Positions 47,656-59,710 of a stretch of DNA of 64,000 nt are shown here, in pieces. The position numbers and the translations under genes were made by a program. Source of the stretch: Chara braunii (lineage: Eukaryota > Plantae > Charophyceae); NCBI GenBank assembly GCA_003427395.1, contig BFEA01000018.1:6040413-6104412 (forward strand), written 5' to 3'. Each line of letters opens with the position of its first letter. Position 1 is the first letter of the stretch. The notes under the pieces were generated by a model. That model worked only from the letters and a program-made list of their open reading frames with translations. It ran no database searches and was not told the DNA's origin.

Positions 47656-49123
47656 CTGGTTTCATTCGGGGAAAAGCCCGTCGTCGAAGCACATATATCT
47701 AATAGGCACATATATCTAATAGGGCCCATTTCCTTTCTTCTTTTTGTCTTTTTTTTCCGCATTTGCGCTCTGATAATTTGTGACAATATATCTAATAGGG
47801 CCTTTATGCGAGGGCGGTCGTCGTCTCCCACTATCGCTCCATGGGCTACTCCGTCTCCTCTATTCCCGTTTTGTGGCGGGGGAGGGGCGGGGGCTGCCAT
47901 GGCCATGGTGTTTGAGTACATCACTCGTCGGTGTTAACTACGGACCACTCGCGAATCGCTTTTGCATGTGTGTTAAGTGCGTTGGACGGGGGAGAGTGAT
48001 CTGAGGACAATTTCGAGGGCGATATCATAGAAGAGACGGGTCAAGGACTCGCCGGTGAATAGCAGTAGAGTCCCCAACACTCTTCCAAGGACCAGCCTGA
48101 GGATAAACACCGTAAATACGCTGAACTGGAGTAGCAATAAAATCCCCAACCAACACTCTACCAAGGACCAAGATAAACACCGTAAATACGCTGAACTAGA
48201 AAGCAAAACGTTGTCGAACGGGGTCACCCCTTACCTCCTTCAGGAGTCAGATCGACTCGCAAAGCTCTTATAGCGTTAGATAACAAGAAATCACGCATGC
48301 GCTTCTGAAGTGAGCCCAGGAGCTAGGTCCCACTTGCACGGATTAGGAGATTTCGGCCGTTGATCTTTGCTATCTACGGTCTCTATCTCTTCATTCGCGC
48401 AAGTGGGACCTAGCCCCAGAGGAAGTTCGATAGGCGAGGGAAAGACCTTGTCCTCCACTAGCTACCTGCTATGGAGGACGGCCTGTCTCTAACTGATTAG
48501 GTTAGCACCCTCAAACCCTAGCTAGAAGATTAGGGGGTTGGGGTGCGTTCCTACTGTGAGAGGCGGACCGTCTCTAGAAGTTAGGCTATCCCTTCAAGAC
48601 ACTAGAAGAATAACACATCCAGTCGGTGTTTTCGAGTGTGCGGGAGTGATATTTAGGGCGCTTACCCTTTCCTTCGGCCAACCTCCCTCCTTGTCTTCTC
48701 CCTTGAAAGTGACGATGTCCAGAGTAGAGCAGATGCCTTGACTGAAGAAAGCCCGGTCGGCACTCTCAAGTATCCTTTACCCATCAGTGGCATCAGGGAC
48801 TTGAGCGCCAGCGGCGCCACGTCTTTTCCACATTGTCATCATTAAAGAAGGTAACCGTTGCAAGTTGCAACTCTCTCCCGGCCACTGCTTCACCTCTTCA
48901 CCTCCATTCCCCGCATCTTCTCTGAAGATGTTTGACCCGGCCATCGCCAGTCAGCGGGAAGGCTTCGGCAAATTCCCCCGACGGTCGGACCGCGTGCCCG
49001 CCTCAGGGTCAGTGACAACGGTTCTCCCGAACCGATAGCGCACCTTGGAGCGCTCTTGCGCCCGTCATCGCGCCCGTCCCTCAACCGCAACGCCCATCCG
49101 AGTTGGTTTCTGATTCCTCCTAG

Positions 49124-49720
49124 GCGAGGTCCCACTAGCAAAGGGGATTGGATTGAACGGCCGAATCCAGACGTGTTTGTGGAAAGGTGCAGAAAATCAA
49201 GGTTGAACTGCTTTTCTGCATCTCTGCTCTAAACACGCCCAGATTCAGGAGTTTATTCCAAACCTCTTCGTTTCAAGTAGTGGGACCTCGTCCCTGAGGT
49301 CCGCAATCCACCCGTCACCTCGTACCAGTCCAGATGCAGAAAACGCCTGAATCTAGACGTGTTCGTGGAAAAGTGCAGAAAATCGAGATTGAACTGCTTT
49401 TCTGCATGTCTGCTCAAAACACGCCCAGATTCAGGAGCTTAATCCAATCCTGTTCGCTAGTGGGACCTCGTCCCCGAGGTCCCCGCGCATTGGCGCCTGA
49501 ATCCACCCGTCACCTCGTACCAGTCCTGCTGCAGAAAACGCCTGAATCTAGACGTGTTCGTCGAAAAATGCAGAAAATCGAGATTGAACTGCTTTTCTCC
49601 ATCTCTGCTGAAAACACGCCCAGATTCAGGAGCTCAATCCAATCATGTTAGCTAGTGGGACGTCGTCCCCGAGGTCCCCGCGCATTGGCCCCGCAATCCA
49701 CCCGTCACCTTTGAGTCCAG
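49124..49720. repeat. Tandem array (~3 x 180 bp) of a palindromic element
   Basis: Arms cgaggtcccacta/tagtgggacctcg, cgtgttt/aaacacg and tgcagaaaa/ttttctgca; single copy at 47133-47292. Confidence 0.85.
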
Positions 49721-50041
49721 CTGCAGAAAGATTCCCTTCCCTGTTTCCTCACCCGCTCGAAATCACCTTCTCGTTTTGTCCTCTTCGACCCTCGGACCCC
49801 TCCCCCCGCTTAACTTGCCCTCAACCAGGCAGGCTGCTTGAGCAGAAGGGATTGGAGAAGAAGGAAGCAGAGGTGGAGGAGGAGGAGGATGAGGAGGAGG
49901 AGGAGGAGGACAGAGGCAGGAGGAGAAGGGGAGCAGATCGTCATGGAAGACGAACGGGAGATAATGTGAGTCAGATGACAACAATTATGACGAAGAAGAT
50001 GATGGCGATGAAGAAGAGGACCTAAACGAGGAGGAGGAGGT

Positions 50042-50073
<32 letters not shown>

Positions 50074-50699
50074 GGGGAGATGCTATGATCATGCGAAAGG
50101 AACAAAGGATGGTGGACAGTGGCTACGCTTGTGAAAGCTTCGAAAACTTGCGAATGGAGATATCCACGACAGAAAACGATCTCCAATGAGGAGACAGGGC
50201 GGGAAGAGGAAGAGGAGAGGGAGGAACAGGAGTAGTAGTACTAGGAGGAGGAGGAGGAGAAGGAGCAGGAGGACAATCCCATTGTGCAGAATGTGTGGTA
50301 ATAAGAGGAGGTGGAGGAGGCGGCTAGCTGTTATCGCCATCACTGTCACCATGGTCACCATGCAGTTCGCCGCGTCGTGATATAACGAGCGGACAGCCAG
50401 CATGCTAGCTTCTTGTTCTGTTGACTCTGTACTCTCTTTTTTTTTCCCCATTCCTCCATTCCCTGTGAGCTAGCAGTTTTTTTTCTTTCCATTCCTCCAT
50501 TGTATTTGAGCTACCACTAACCACTTTCATCTTGCATCATGCAGACCTACACATCCTCGATGTGTCTTTGCAAGTCTAGATCGAATGCAAGTAATGAGAG
50601 CGAGCCAGCAAGACATGGAGACAGGTGGAGAAACGGAGAGAGATAGAACCCGACCCACCATTGCCGTACTAAAAGAGGAATCTGTACCGTCGCATACAG

Positions 50700-50736
<37 letters not shown>

Positions 50737-50772
50737 GAGTACTGGCGCGCATTGGATGCAAAACGGTCGCAC

Positions 50773-50828
<56 letters not shown>

Positions 50829-51103
50829 GGGCTCATGGCGTGGCATGGACACAAAAGAACCTCCAACAACCCCCAGCATCAGTCAGTCCATGGGCTTAAG
50901 TCGTGGAGAAGTAGCTGTAGAATGAGAAGGGTCTATAAGGCAGCATGGGGGTCAGAGAGGAGTGGCGAACGGAGTTAGCTTGCAGGGGTATAGCAGATCG
51001 AAGCAATCAAGTGCCTCGGGTTCCTTCAGCCCTAATGGAAGGGAGCATTGTGTGAGCCATCAATGTAAGGGATGCTGAACCGGGTCTCCAGCAAATATGA
51101 TAA

Positions 51104-51155
<52 letters not shown>

Positions 51156-51675
51156 TATTATTATTATTATTATGATTATTATAATATTTTATATTTTAGC
51201 ACATATGGTTAAGTTGGAAGTTATGTACAAGCAAGCAAACAACGAAAGGATGGCGAATTTGTTTCTCGATCAGTGCTTTTGGTTTATTAAAGCTATAAAT
51301 ATTCGTTGATGTAAACATTGAATAAGGAATTGGATGGACCTAGAGGAGGAGAGCATGGTGAGACAGGGGGGAAATGCGTTCTGTTGGTCTTTTTCTCCGT
51401 TTAATTAGTTGTCTTGCTCTTCTTTCTCCTTTGTTTTCGTTCTCTTACTGTATTCTTGGTCAGGTTCTTTGACTCGAAACATTTTATTTTCAAGCATTGA
51501 ATGTAGAGGTATCGTAGCAGCTTCTTGCTTCTGATTCTTTTTTTCTTTTTTTCTTTTTTTTTCCCCCCCAAAAAAACTGATTCTATGTTTTTTGCTCTGT
51601 CACTGATTGACTCCTCCAGTGACCAGTCTGCAGTCAACAGCCCACCTTCCCTACTGACCGGATACAACGTACAAG

Positions 51676-51967
51676 ATGGCCAGCGAAGTAGCACCTAGTC
51701 AACAGATTTCTTATAAAGGTGTTTATCCTGTACCGAAGTCCAAGAAGAACCCTTGGCAAGCACTGAAATGGGTAAATGGACGAATGAAATACATTGGCAG
51801 TTTTGCTACGAGGGAGGAGGCGGCAGCAGCCTTCAATGCTTATGTTCTAGAACTGGAGGCAGTGGAGGAAACGAGCGCGTCGGGGGAAGGAACGGGAAAT
51901 GCAGGCTCATCGAGCCGCAGACGTCGCACCTCTTCAGGGTTGACAGGAAAGAGTACACGTGCAGAAG
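51676..51967 (+). CDS. AP2/ERF-type DNA-binding domain protein, probable first coding exon
   Basis: SYKGVYPVPKSKKNPWQALKWVNGRMKYIGSFATREEAAAAFN; donor AAG|GTAAG after 51967 (the unspliced ORF would end at 52101). Confidence 0.75.
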
Positions 51968-52345
51968 GTAAGCCATGCACTTTGCAAAAGGAAAGAGTCC
52001 AGGTGCAGAAGTTAAGCCATGCACTTTGCAAAATTGGTCGACGAGTGACTGCTGGGATCAGAGCTCAGCTGATTTCTGAAACGGAACGCAGCAAGTCTTG
52101 ATAATACTTGTTGATGTTCATTGTTCTTGGGGAAAGTAACTAGCTTGCAGACTGTTTTGTTTTGTTTTTTTGCCGCCGAAGAAGAAGCTAGCTTGCGGAC
52201 TTGGTAGATAAAGGAAGAGGAGACAATTGCTTTTCCGGAATCGACGAACACGATTGCGAAATCTTGAGCTTGCCATCACAATCTGCTGCCCGTATGCCGA
52301 ACCTTCGTTATGGAGATGTATACGGTGAGTGCTACTTTTTGAAAC

Positions 52346-52454
52346 TAGCTTCTTCTCCGGAATACCACGTGCGGTCATTATACCTGTATTTGGGGTATCT
52401 TTGATTCTGCATACAGGTATAATGACCATCCGTTGTGTTCGGGGGAAGAAGGTA
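52346..52454. mobile_element. TA-flanked Tc1/mariner-type MITE
   Basis: cttcttctccggaatac ... gtgttcgggggaagaaggTA. Confidence 0.7.
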
Positions 52455-54028
52455 GCGCCAAGGCAAGCTAAGGACCTGAGCAGTGACCAGCACAGGGTGG
52501 CACAGACCTTTGTAGTTGACACAGGAGCTCGGGGGGATGGGTGGGGGAGGGGAGGGGAGGGGAGGGGAGGGGGTCAAGGGAACATGATGAAATTCAATCT
52601 CAAGTGAGTAAAGTGTGTAAAGAAGGACAAAAGTGGTGGCACTGGTGCTACATCTTGGAGTAGATCATGCGCGCCAAGGTAGCATTTCGCACGTCCGGTG
52701 ATGGCATCCATGCTGCAACCAGCACAGTAGAAGTCAGCAGAAGTCCACGAAAAAACAACGGACGAGCCATACGGCACCACACAAACAATGGCCGGAGCAA
52801 AGGGGCAGTCAACAGATGGAAGGTCCAGAATGTGGATGAAGTGGAGAAGGGGAAACCATGCCGACAAGGGAAGCAGTGCAAGATGAAGATGGGGATGATG
52901 AACCTGTCATCTCCACGCATTGTCAAATGACAATGTTGGTCATCAACCTGTCAATATGACAACATCGATTCAATCACTTTTCAATCCCATTAGCTAAGGG
53001 TGGTGATCGGATTTTTATTTTTGTTCTTCATTCTTGATTGATTGAGGACCGTGAGGTATTTGCTCTATCTCAGAGACGCAGCACCGGGTTTCGAGCAGGT
53101 GAAGCTTCCCACCAGTAGATGGAGTAACCTGATTCAGTCATATCAAGGGGGGGTGTGCTCCTATCACTTTCCCTAATAAGACCTGCAGAGGCTTAATCCC
53201 CCCCCCAAAAAAAGGGTTCAGTCTACAGAAGAGCTTGGATGGCTGGATTTGCTCGGCTCTATAGCTTATTATCTTCTTAAGTTCTTTACTTACCCACTGC
53301 ACCTCTACGCTGAACTAAATCTGGAGAGTGTAAGAAGAAAGATCATCTCTCGACCATCGTTCGACCATCGTTTCAATTTCATCACAACAAATGAAGATCA
53401 CGTCAAGACAAAAGATCATGATCTCCCAAACATCATTTCAACTCAATCACAAGAGTTGAAGATAACGCCCAAAAAGCCTCCACCGCCCGTCCGGAGGTTC
53501 TGGATATCACCCTCAGCTCATAATCTGGCTACTAAGTTGCATGTGCTGGAACCCTGGAACACCTCAGAAGGTACGAAGTACAGTGTACACAGTCCTTCGT
53601 TTCGATTTCGATTTCGATTTCTAAGCAAACGATCCCCATACATTGGGTTGAAACAACTTGCTAACAAGTACTAGGTTATCTGCAGGAAATTGGAAACTGG
53701 AAAAAAAAAAAAAAAAAAAAAAAAAAAGTACGGCTGGCGGCTGCTAATGCGCCCTAGCCAGGGACCACGTTGTTTGGATCCTTGTCTTCACGAAACAATG
53801 CCATCTGCATGTCATTTTTACCCCTTCATCCCTCATCTCATCTTCACTCGTTGTTTTATGCCCCAAGGCCCCGACTAATTTAATCCGTTATATATAAATG
53901 GTGCTTCCATATAATTAGTAAATTTAGTATCCATTAAGTTAAAACTGTGCCTTCTCTAATTTTCACACAAATGTATTTGACTATTTTCTGTCATTTGTGA
54001 GTCTGTGTTTCTTGTTCACCTCTCATAT

Positions 54029-54862
54029 CTTGACGGACCGGCGGTCGTGACCCCGACCTGGCAGCGACTGCGGGCTGCCAAGTTCTGGCAGCAACCTGCG
54101 GGAATTTTTAAAAATCGAAAACAAAGTCAAAAAGAAGAGAAAAGGGGAGGGGTTGAAGTGCTTTTCGCGCTCTTCATCCCGTTTTTTGACTCGTTTTTCT
54201 ATTTTTCTAAAATGAAAACCGATTTAACCGAATATCCCTGAGGCAAAAGTTGTTCAATGATTCAATCTAGTATAATTTTTTGGGTAACAATCCACTCTAT
54301 CATCCTGAATCATCCTTTTTCTTTTTTTCTTTTTTTTCTTTTTTTTTTTAATTTTAAAAGAGCCCAGTGCCCAAGGCTAATATTACCAATAAGAGGAATG
54401 ACATCCTGAATCATCCTAAATCATCATCAATGATAATTGAGGATCAATTTGACGCACACATGCAAGGTATCATCCACTCTATCATCCTGAATCATCCTAA
54501 ATCATCCTAAATGATCCTCAATCATCCCAAATTATCATCAATGATCATCAATCATGAATGTATTTCCAATATAAGGGACGCTGGGCGGGCTGGGCCCAGT
54601 TCCCAGCACGTGCTGCTCCCCAGGAATAGATTGGAGCAATTAAAAATAAAAAAAATAAAAAATTGTTTTGTTTTATCAACTCAAATTTGGTAAGGAATTT
54701 TGAGGTGACACTGAGGCATTTGCATAAATTTTTGTTTTTTTCCAGACGTTTTCGAAAACTTCTTTTCTTGGTCTTTTTTCTTTCATGACCCCGGTCATGA
54801 CTGGGTCCCTCTCCCCATGGCCGGGGACCGCGGTCGCGACCAACGCGGTCGCCGGTCAAGGG
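54029..54862. mobile_element. Non-autonomous TIR element with internal ATCATCCT repeats
   Basis: Imperfect TIR cttgacggaccggcggtcgtgacc / ggtcgcgaccaacgcggtcgccggtcaag. Confidence 0.5.
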
Positions 54863-55504
54863 GATTTATAGGTAGATGCACTGCAATTTCCAACTTCCAA
54901 GCACAAACTCGTTTCAAAAAAACATTCTAAGTTCTAACTAAAAGGAGATATAAACACCGTTGAAGATCTCCGCCATAATTTTTACAAAAATTTAATATGT
55001 TTTTATTCATAAAACATTGTGCAATGAACCCAGTCTCGTGGAAAGCTCGTCAAAGTGGAAGTATAGAATGTCTCAGCACAGAATCAATGTCTCCAAAATC
55101 GTACATGTAATCAAGTAGCTCAATGTCCCGTAACCAGAGAAGAAGAAGTTGAGGAGGGGGAGGGGGTGGAAGAGAAAGGATCCATCCGCACTGTAGATAG
55201 ATCTCCCTCGCGAGCCCACTTCCTCTTCGGGCACCTCCGTGACCTCCCCACTTGCCACATCAGCGAACAGTCTCCCGTGAGATTACAGCATGCTGAGCAT
55301 GGCGCCCATCCCTGAGCCATGTCAGCAACAGTGAGAGGATGGCGCAGATTCCTCCGGAAGACATACAGTGATGCCCAATGTCGACACGAACACAGTCAGG
55401 TATTAAGCTTTCCCTTCCACATTCGACCGACTGATCTCCTCCTCCTCGCCCGCACTCCATCAATGTCGTAGACAGTGTGGCGAGAGCCACGTCAGCATAA
55501 TTAA

Positions 55505-55818
55505 GACTATAACAACCCGTACGACGTACGGGGGGGTTATCGTACGGCCGTATGTACAGTCTCGTACGAAAAAAAAAAAAAAAAAAAAAAAAAAACACGT
55601 GTTTTTTTTAGTCTCAAATTTGGTAACGAATTTCAATATGACCCTGAGGCAAAAGTGTTTCAGTTTATTTTTCTGCATAATTTATTTTTTTTTCAGATTT
55701 TTTTGAAGTTTTGTTTTTTTTGCTTTTTTTCGTACGTACGGGCCCGTACGACCAATGAGCCCGTACGTACGGCCGTACGTACGTACGGACGGCCCGCATT
55801 CGTATGGGGGTCTGGCAG
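55505..55818. mobile_element. CGTACG-rich MITE related to 19988-21112
   Basis: cccgtacgacgtacggggg start and CGTACG-rich right arm; no clear TSD. Confidence 0.55.
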
Positions 55819-56665
55819 ACAGAGAAAGGCGTCAGCACAAAGCAGTAGCAGTCCTGCGCCGTCGCAACAGCGTCAAGCCAGCGTAGTGCCACCGTCAAGC
55901 CAGCGTCAAGCCAGTGTCAAGCCAGCGTCAAGCCAGCGTCAAGCAGCAAGTGCAAGACTGAATGTCGGTCAGCAGGGGCTGCGTCAACTTATAGTGTCGA
56001 CTCCCGATCACCAGCTTCCGGCCTCAGGCCCTCAGGCCCTCAGGTCTGTCACTCACAATGGCCCAGATCATCCGTCAGCCAATGGCCTGGATGAGGCTGG
56101 ATCCCGTACAGTTGCAGAAACTGATGTATCCCACTTGGGCTTGATCTCGTCCGGATACGTGCAAAGTTGCAAACAACCAGAGTTGTGTGTCTGATCTATG
56201 GCCAAGGCTGGGTACATGTTGACTTTGACTCGTGGGCCTAAATTCACGAGTTGAGGTTGACTGTTGACTTTGCCAAGGTCAACTGTCTCATGTTGCCATG
56301 ATGTTGGGCCTCTGAATGCCAGTTCTGGCCTTGCCTTCGGTACCCCAGGCTCTCGGGGAGGCCTTTTCATGACGTGGGCGTGAGTCGCATGACCTTTGAC
56401 CTCCTGTTTCGGGCCTTTGACCAAAGTCACACCCCCACAGGCTACGGCCCTATAATTGTGTCTTCAATCTACAATTGGATGCTTTTTGAAATTGTTCTTT
56501 TTTGTGGGTGTCACCGTGTGTGTGTGTGAACATCTTTACTCACGTGCTACATAAAGATGAACATATTTACTCGTCTTCCAACACAGTGACTATGATTGTC
56601 ATTATTGTTGTTTTGTGTGAACAGTGCTTGCACAACTGACAGCGCTTGTTCGCGAATATGCTTTT

Positions 56666-56804
56666 TTTTTAATCATAAAATAAAAAATTGGACCGTTTCT
56701 CGATTTATGTGTGTCATCCTTGCACAGTGGCCATGCTAATCTTCTCCCAGTTCTCTGTATCGTTCCAATTTTAACCAGTTAAACCAGATGACATTGTCCG
56801 GAAG
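56666..56804 (-). pseudogene. U6: Near-full-length U6 snRNA retrocopy
   Basis: TAAAATTGGAACGATACAGAGAA...GATTAGCATGGCCACTGTGCAAGGATGACACACATAAATCGAGAAACGGTCCAATTTT; ATGCTTTT repeat at 56658-56665 and 56805-56812. Confidence 0.9.
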
Positions 56805-56935
56805 ATGCTTTTGGGTCCTCAAAGTAGAGGGTCTTACCAGGCAATGTTGTCCATTTTTTAGCTCTCGTTCATAGTGCTCGTCATTTCTTATAGGGCCTTC
56901 ACTTTTATCTTGTCTTCCTTGTTCCTTTGTTTCTT

Positions 56936-57084
56936 TCTTTTTTTTTAATTTTGACCACAGTGACTTCTCTATTTATGCGTGTCATCCTTGAAAGCGCAGG
57001 GGTCATTTGCAGCATTTGCAGCAAATGATTTGCTAATCACCCTTCTCTGTACCGTTCCAATTTTAACGGATGTCCCAAAGGACA
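56936..57084 (-). pseudogene. U6: Full-length U6 snRNA retrocopy with poly(A) and 18-bp TSD
   Basis: GTCCTTTGGGACATCCGTTAAAATTGGAACGGTACAGAGAAG...CAAGGATGACACGCATAAAT; TSD CTTGTTCCTTTGTTTCTT at 56918-56935 and 57085-57102. Confidence 0.92.
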
Positions 57085-57166
57085 CTTGTTCCTTTGTTTC
57101 TTATAGGGGCTTGCTTATATTTTGGACCACTGTCTTCACTCACACCCATTCTCTCTCTGTTTCCAG

Positions 57167-57436
57167 AAAGTGTGACACCCGGGCCAGATTGGTGTCATGA
57201 GAGATCCTCTTTGAAGATTCTTGAAGAGTGTGAAAGAGAGTGGAATAAAGCGGCAGCAGAACATGGTAAGCTGTCTTGAGATTCTTACGGAAGGTACGCT
57301 CCGTCGGAGCTATGTGCATTACTTGTTTCAAAATTTGGTCTTCCCATGGCCGCCAGGAGGAGGGACCGCCCTCTCTGCAGTACCTGGAGGGCCCATAAAC
57401 CATTCCCCCCCCCTCCTTCATTCCGTCCAATCCCAG
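57167..57436 (+). CDS. Two candidate internal coding exons (57167-57265, 57381-57436) of an unidentified gene
   Basis: Polypyrimidine-CAG acceptors and GTAAG/GTAAA donors; the phase-compatible join reads SVTPGPDWCHERSSLKILEECEREWNKAAAEHVPGGPINHSPPLLHSVQSQ. Confidence 0.5.
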
Positions 57437-57599
57437 GTAAAGTCAAGTCAAAATCGTAGGGAGTCCCAGATTAAGAATGATAGTCCTTGTCTTGTTTTGA
57501 TTGTGCTCAGGTCAGGATTTTGGTGGGGTTTTTTTTTTTTTTTTTTCCATTCAATTGTTTGACTACTAGGGCCTGCTGCCCGGGGCCCTATTTGATTAA

Positions 57600-57763
57600 A
57601 CCACCAGTAATTCCTGAAGTCGTGGAGGTTAACACGCAGCGCCAATGACGGCCGAACGGGCCACTTGGGGTCCTTGTGGGGAGCGCCCAAATTCATCCAA
57701 CTAGAAACCGTTCTAATCTTTTTTATTCTTTAGAGGCCAATGTATGGGCCAAGTACTGGTGGT
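57600..57763. mobile_element. TTAA-flanked MITE, copy 1
   Basis: TTAA|ACCACCAGTA...TACTGGTGGT|TTAT; inverted relative to 58604-58753. Confidence 0.75.
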
Positions 57764-58603
57764 TTATAATTATCATTCAGCATTAGATCCAATGGCATTC
57801 ACAATTCATTCCTTGTGGTTGACATTGGCCTTTTTAGAGATAGAATGTGTTATCTGCATAATTCTGCTGAGATTTCAGGATAAGCTCTGGTTAGGACTGG
57901 GTACTTTATCTACGGTCTTCACCCGAATAGAACGCCTGAAAAGGTTTGTTGTTCAAGGTTCATGATGATGAAAATGCTTGTTGTGCCTGAAAAGGGGGCA
58001 ATGTATTCTTAGGACTCGTCTCATGGAATAGGCTTTTCATGATAGGGCGGTTGGAACTGTATTTGTAGGTCCTTTTCTTGGATGAGGAGGAGCTTGAAGT
58101 CGTGTGTCATTTCACCTCTAGTTGTTGTGTGCGGCAAATCGATATTGGGTGGGTGGGGTTTCTTATTCATATCTATGATCATTATATTCTCGTGTAGGCT
58201 CAAATAAGGTTCATAATAGCTCTCAATGCTTGGGAATGGCGGCTGTCTCGCCGCTCAGTTTTGGGCTTCAGTATGGGTTTTCAGTGTTGATTGAGCATAG
58301 TTTAACTCTTTTGTGGAGATTTCATTTCACTTTTTCTCTAGTTAAGACATTAATTGTGTATTTGTGTTTTCTTGCTGACTTGCTGGTAACGAAGCAGCTA
58401 CGGTCATACCCCCCACAACAGAAGGGTGTATAGTACTTAGTACTGTATACCTTTTTTACACCCTACCCCCCNNCCCCCCCCCCCCCCCCGGCGGGCCCGC
58501 AACAGAAGGGCGTGTAGTACTGTATATATTTCCCCCCCCGCCCCCGCAACAGAAGGGTCACGGTGTATAATACTGTATACTTGCTACTTTTTAAAAACTT
58601 TAA

Positions 58604-58753
58604 ACCACCAGTACTTGGCCCAGCTATCGGCCGCAGAAAAAAAAAGAGTAGAAATGTTTCTAGTCGGATGAATTTGGGCGCCCCTGTAGTAGCCCGTACG
58701 TTTCCTAAAATTGTGGCGCGTTAACGGGCACGACTCTAGGAAGTACTGGTGGT
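58604..58753. mobile_element. TTAA-flanked MITE, copy 2
   Basis: TTAA|ACCACCAGTACTT ... AAGTACTGGTGGT|TTAA, perfect 13-bp TIR. Confidence 0.85.
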
Positions 58754-58942
58754 TTAAGGGGAAAAAGGAATTTCAAATTGAATGTTGCTGATCGGAGAAA
58801 TGAGGATTCCGAAGCCTATGCAGATTGGTTATCTTTCAGCCTTCCAAGCTTCTAGGTTGAAGCTTGGGAATAATTGGGTGCCTGATCATGCCAGTGCCGC
58901 CTCTCTTTGTAGCTATTGGGGCTATATGGGGCTATAGGGGGC

Positions 58943-59060
58943 TACCGTCTTCCACCGAGCACAACACACCCAGGCCTCATTTTGGCTGCACCGGAGTGGA
59001 AAGATAGCTTGTATGCATTCGTTATGATCAGGATGCGTTTGTGTTCGGGGGAAGACGGTA
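58943..59060. mobile_element. TA-flanked Tc1/mariner-type MITE
   Basis: TA|ccgtcttccaccgagcac ... gtgttcgggggaagacgg|TA. Confidence 0.8.
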
Positions 59061-59122
59061 TGTAAGCGAAGCTCTATGGTGATGGTGATGGTGATGGAGA
59101 GGGAATTCAAAAGTTGGACTTC

Positions 59123-59224
59123 TACCATCTTTCCCCGGATAGAACGTACTCCGGTCCTTATTGCTGTATTTGGACTGGATTCACTGGAACTTGCAGAAAA
59201 TACAGTTATCGGGGGAAGACGGTA
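59123..59224. mobile_element. TA-flanked Tc1/mariner-type MITE
   Basis: TA|ccatctttccccggata ... tatcgggggaagacgg|TA. Confidence 0.75.
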
Positions 59225-59583
59225 GTGTTAATCGTTGGCGTTCAACAGTCATTGAGCTCACCCGTTTTTCATCGACGAGTCGAAGCCAGATTCGTGAACT
59301 TCAAGACGGCTGATGCCAAATGTGGAGATTTTGTCTTTCCCATTCGATTGCCTGGATGAAGATGATCTGCGACAGAATTCTTTATTTTTATTACTATGGC
59401 TTAAAACTTAAAAAGTTTGGAATGTAGTGTCATAGGTTCAAATCCCTCTTAACTTTTATTATCGCTTAACTTTTGCCATTTGGATTTGAAAATTTTGAAC
59501 CCACTTCCATGAGAATTGTTTTTACCAGTTTCAGTCGTTCCAATCCAAGACTTTTAGTTAGTGGTGCAACTAGTGTGTTGAGA

Positions 59584-59710
59584 TACCTTCTTCCCCCCGG
59601 GCCGAATACTACGTATGGTCATTAATTATAGCTGTATTTGGGGCATCTTGCAGTCTAAATGCAGCCAGCTATAATGATCGTACATTGTATTCGGGGAAAG
59701 AAAGAAGGTA
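59584..59710. mobile_element. TA-flanked Tc1/mariner-type MITE
   Basis: TA|ccttcttcccc...gaatac ... gtattcggggaaagaaagaagg|TA. Confidence 0.7.

Noticed and set aside
47629-47660. Keno/Utopia-style U2-targeted insertion junction
   Set aside because: The fragment is only 27 nt and no retrotransposon 3' end is recognisable next to it.
47933-49100. Possible solo LTR (also 61350-61995)
   Set aside because: Internal short repeats are suggestive, but no paired LTR, TSD or PBS could be established.
55100-55460. Possible decayed LINE ORF2 C-terminus on the minus strand
   Set aside because: Similarity too weak to support without a database search.
56666-57102. Tandem functional U6 genes
   Set aside because: Both have insertions in conserved regions, A tails and TSDs, so they are retrocopies.
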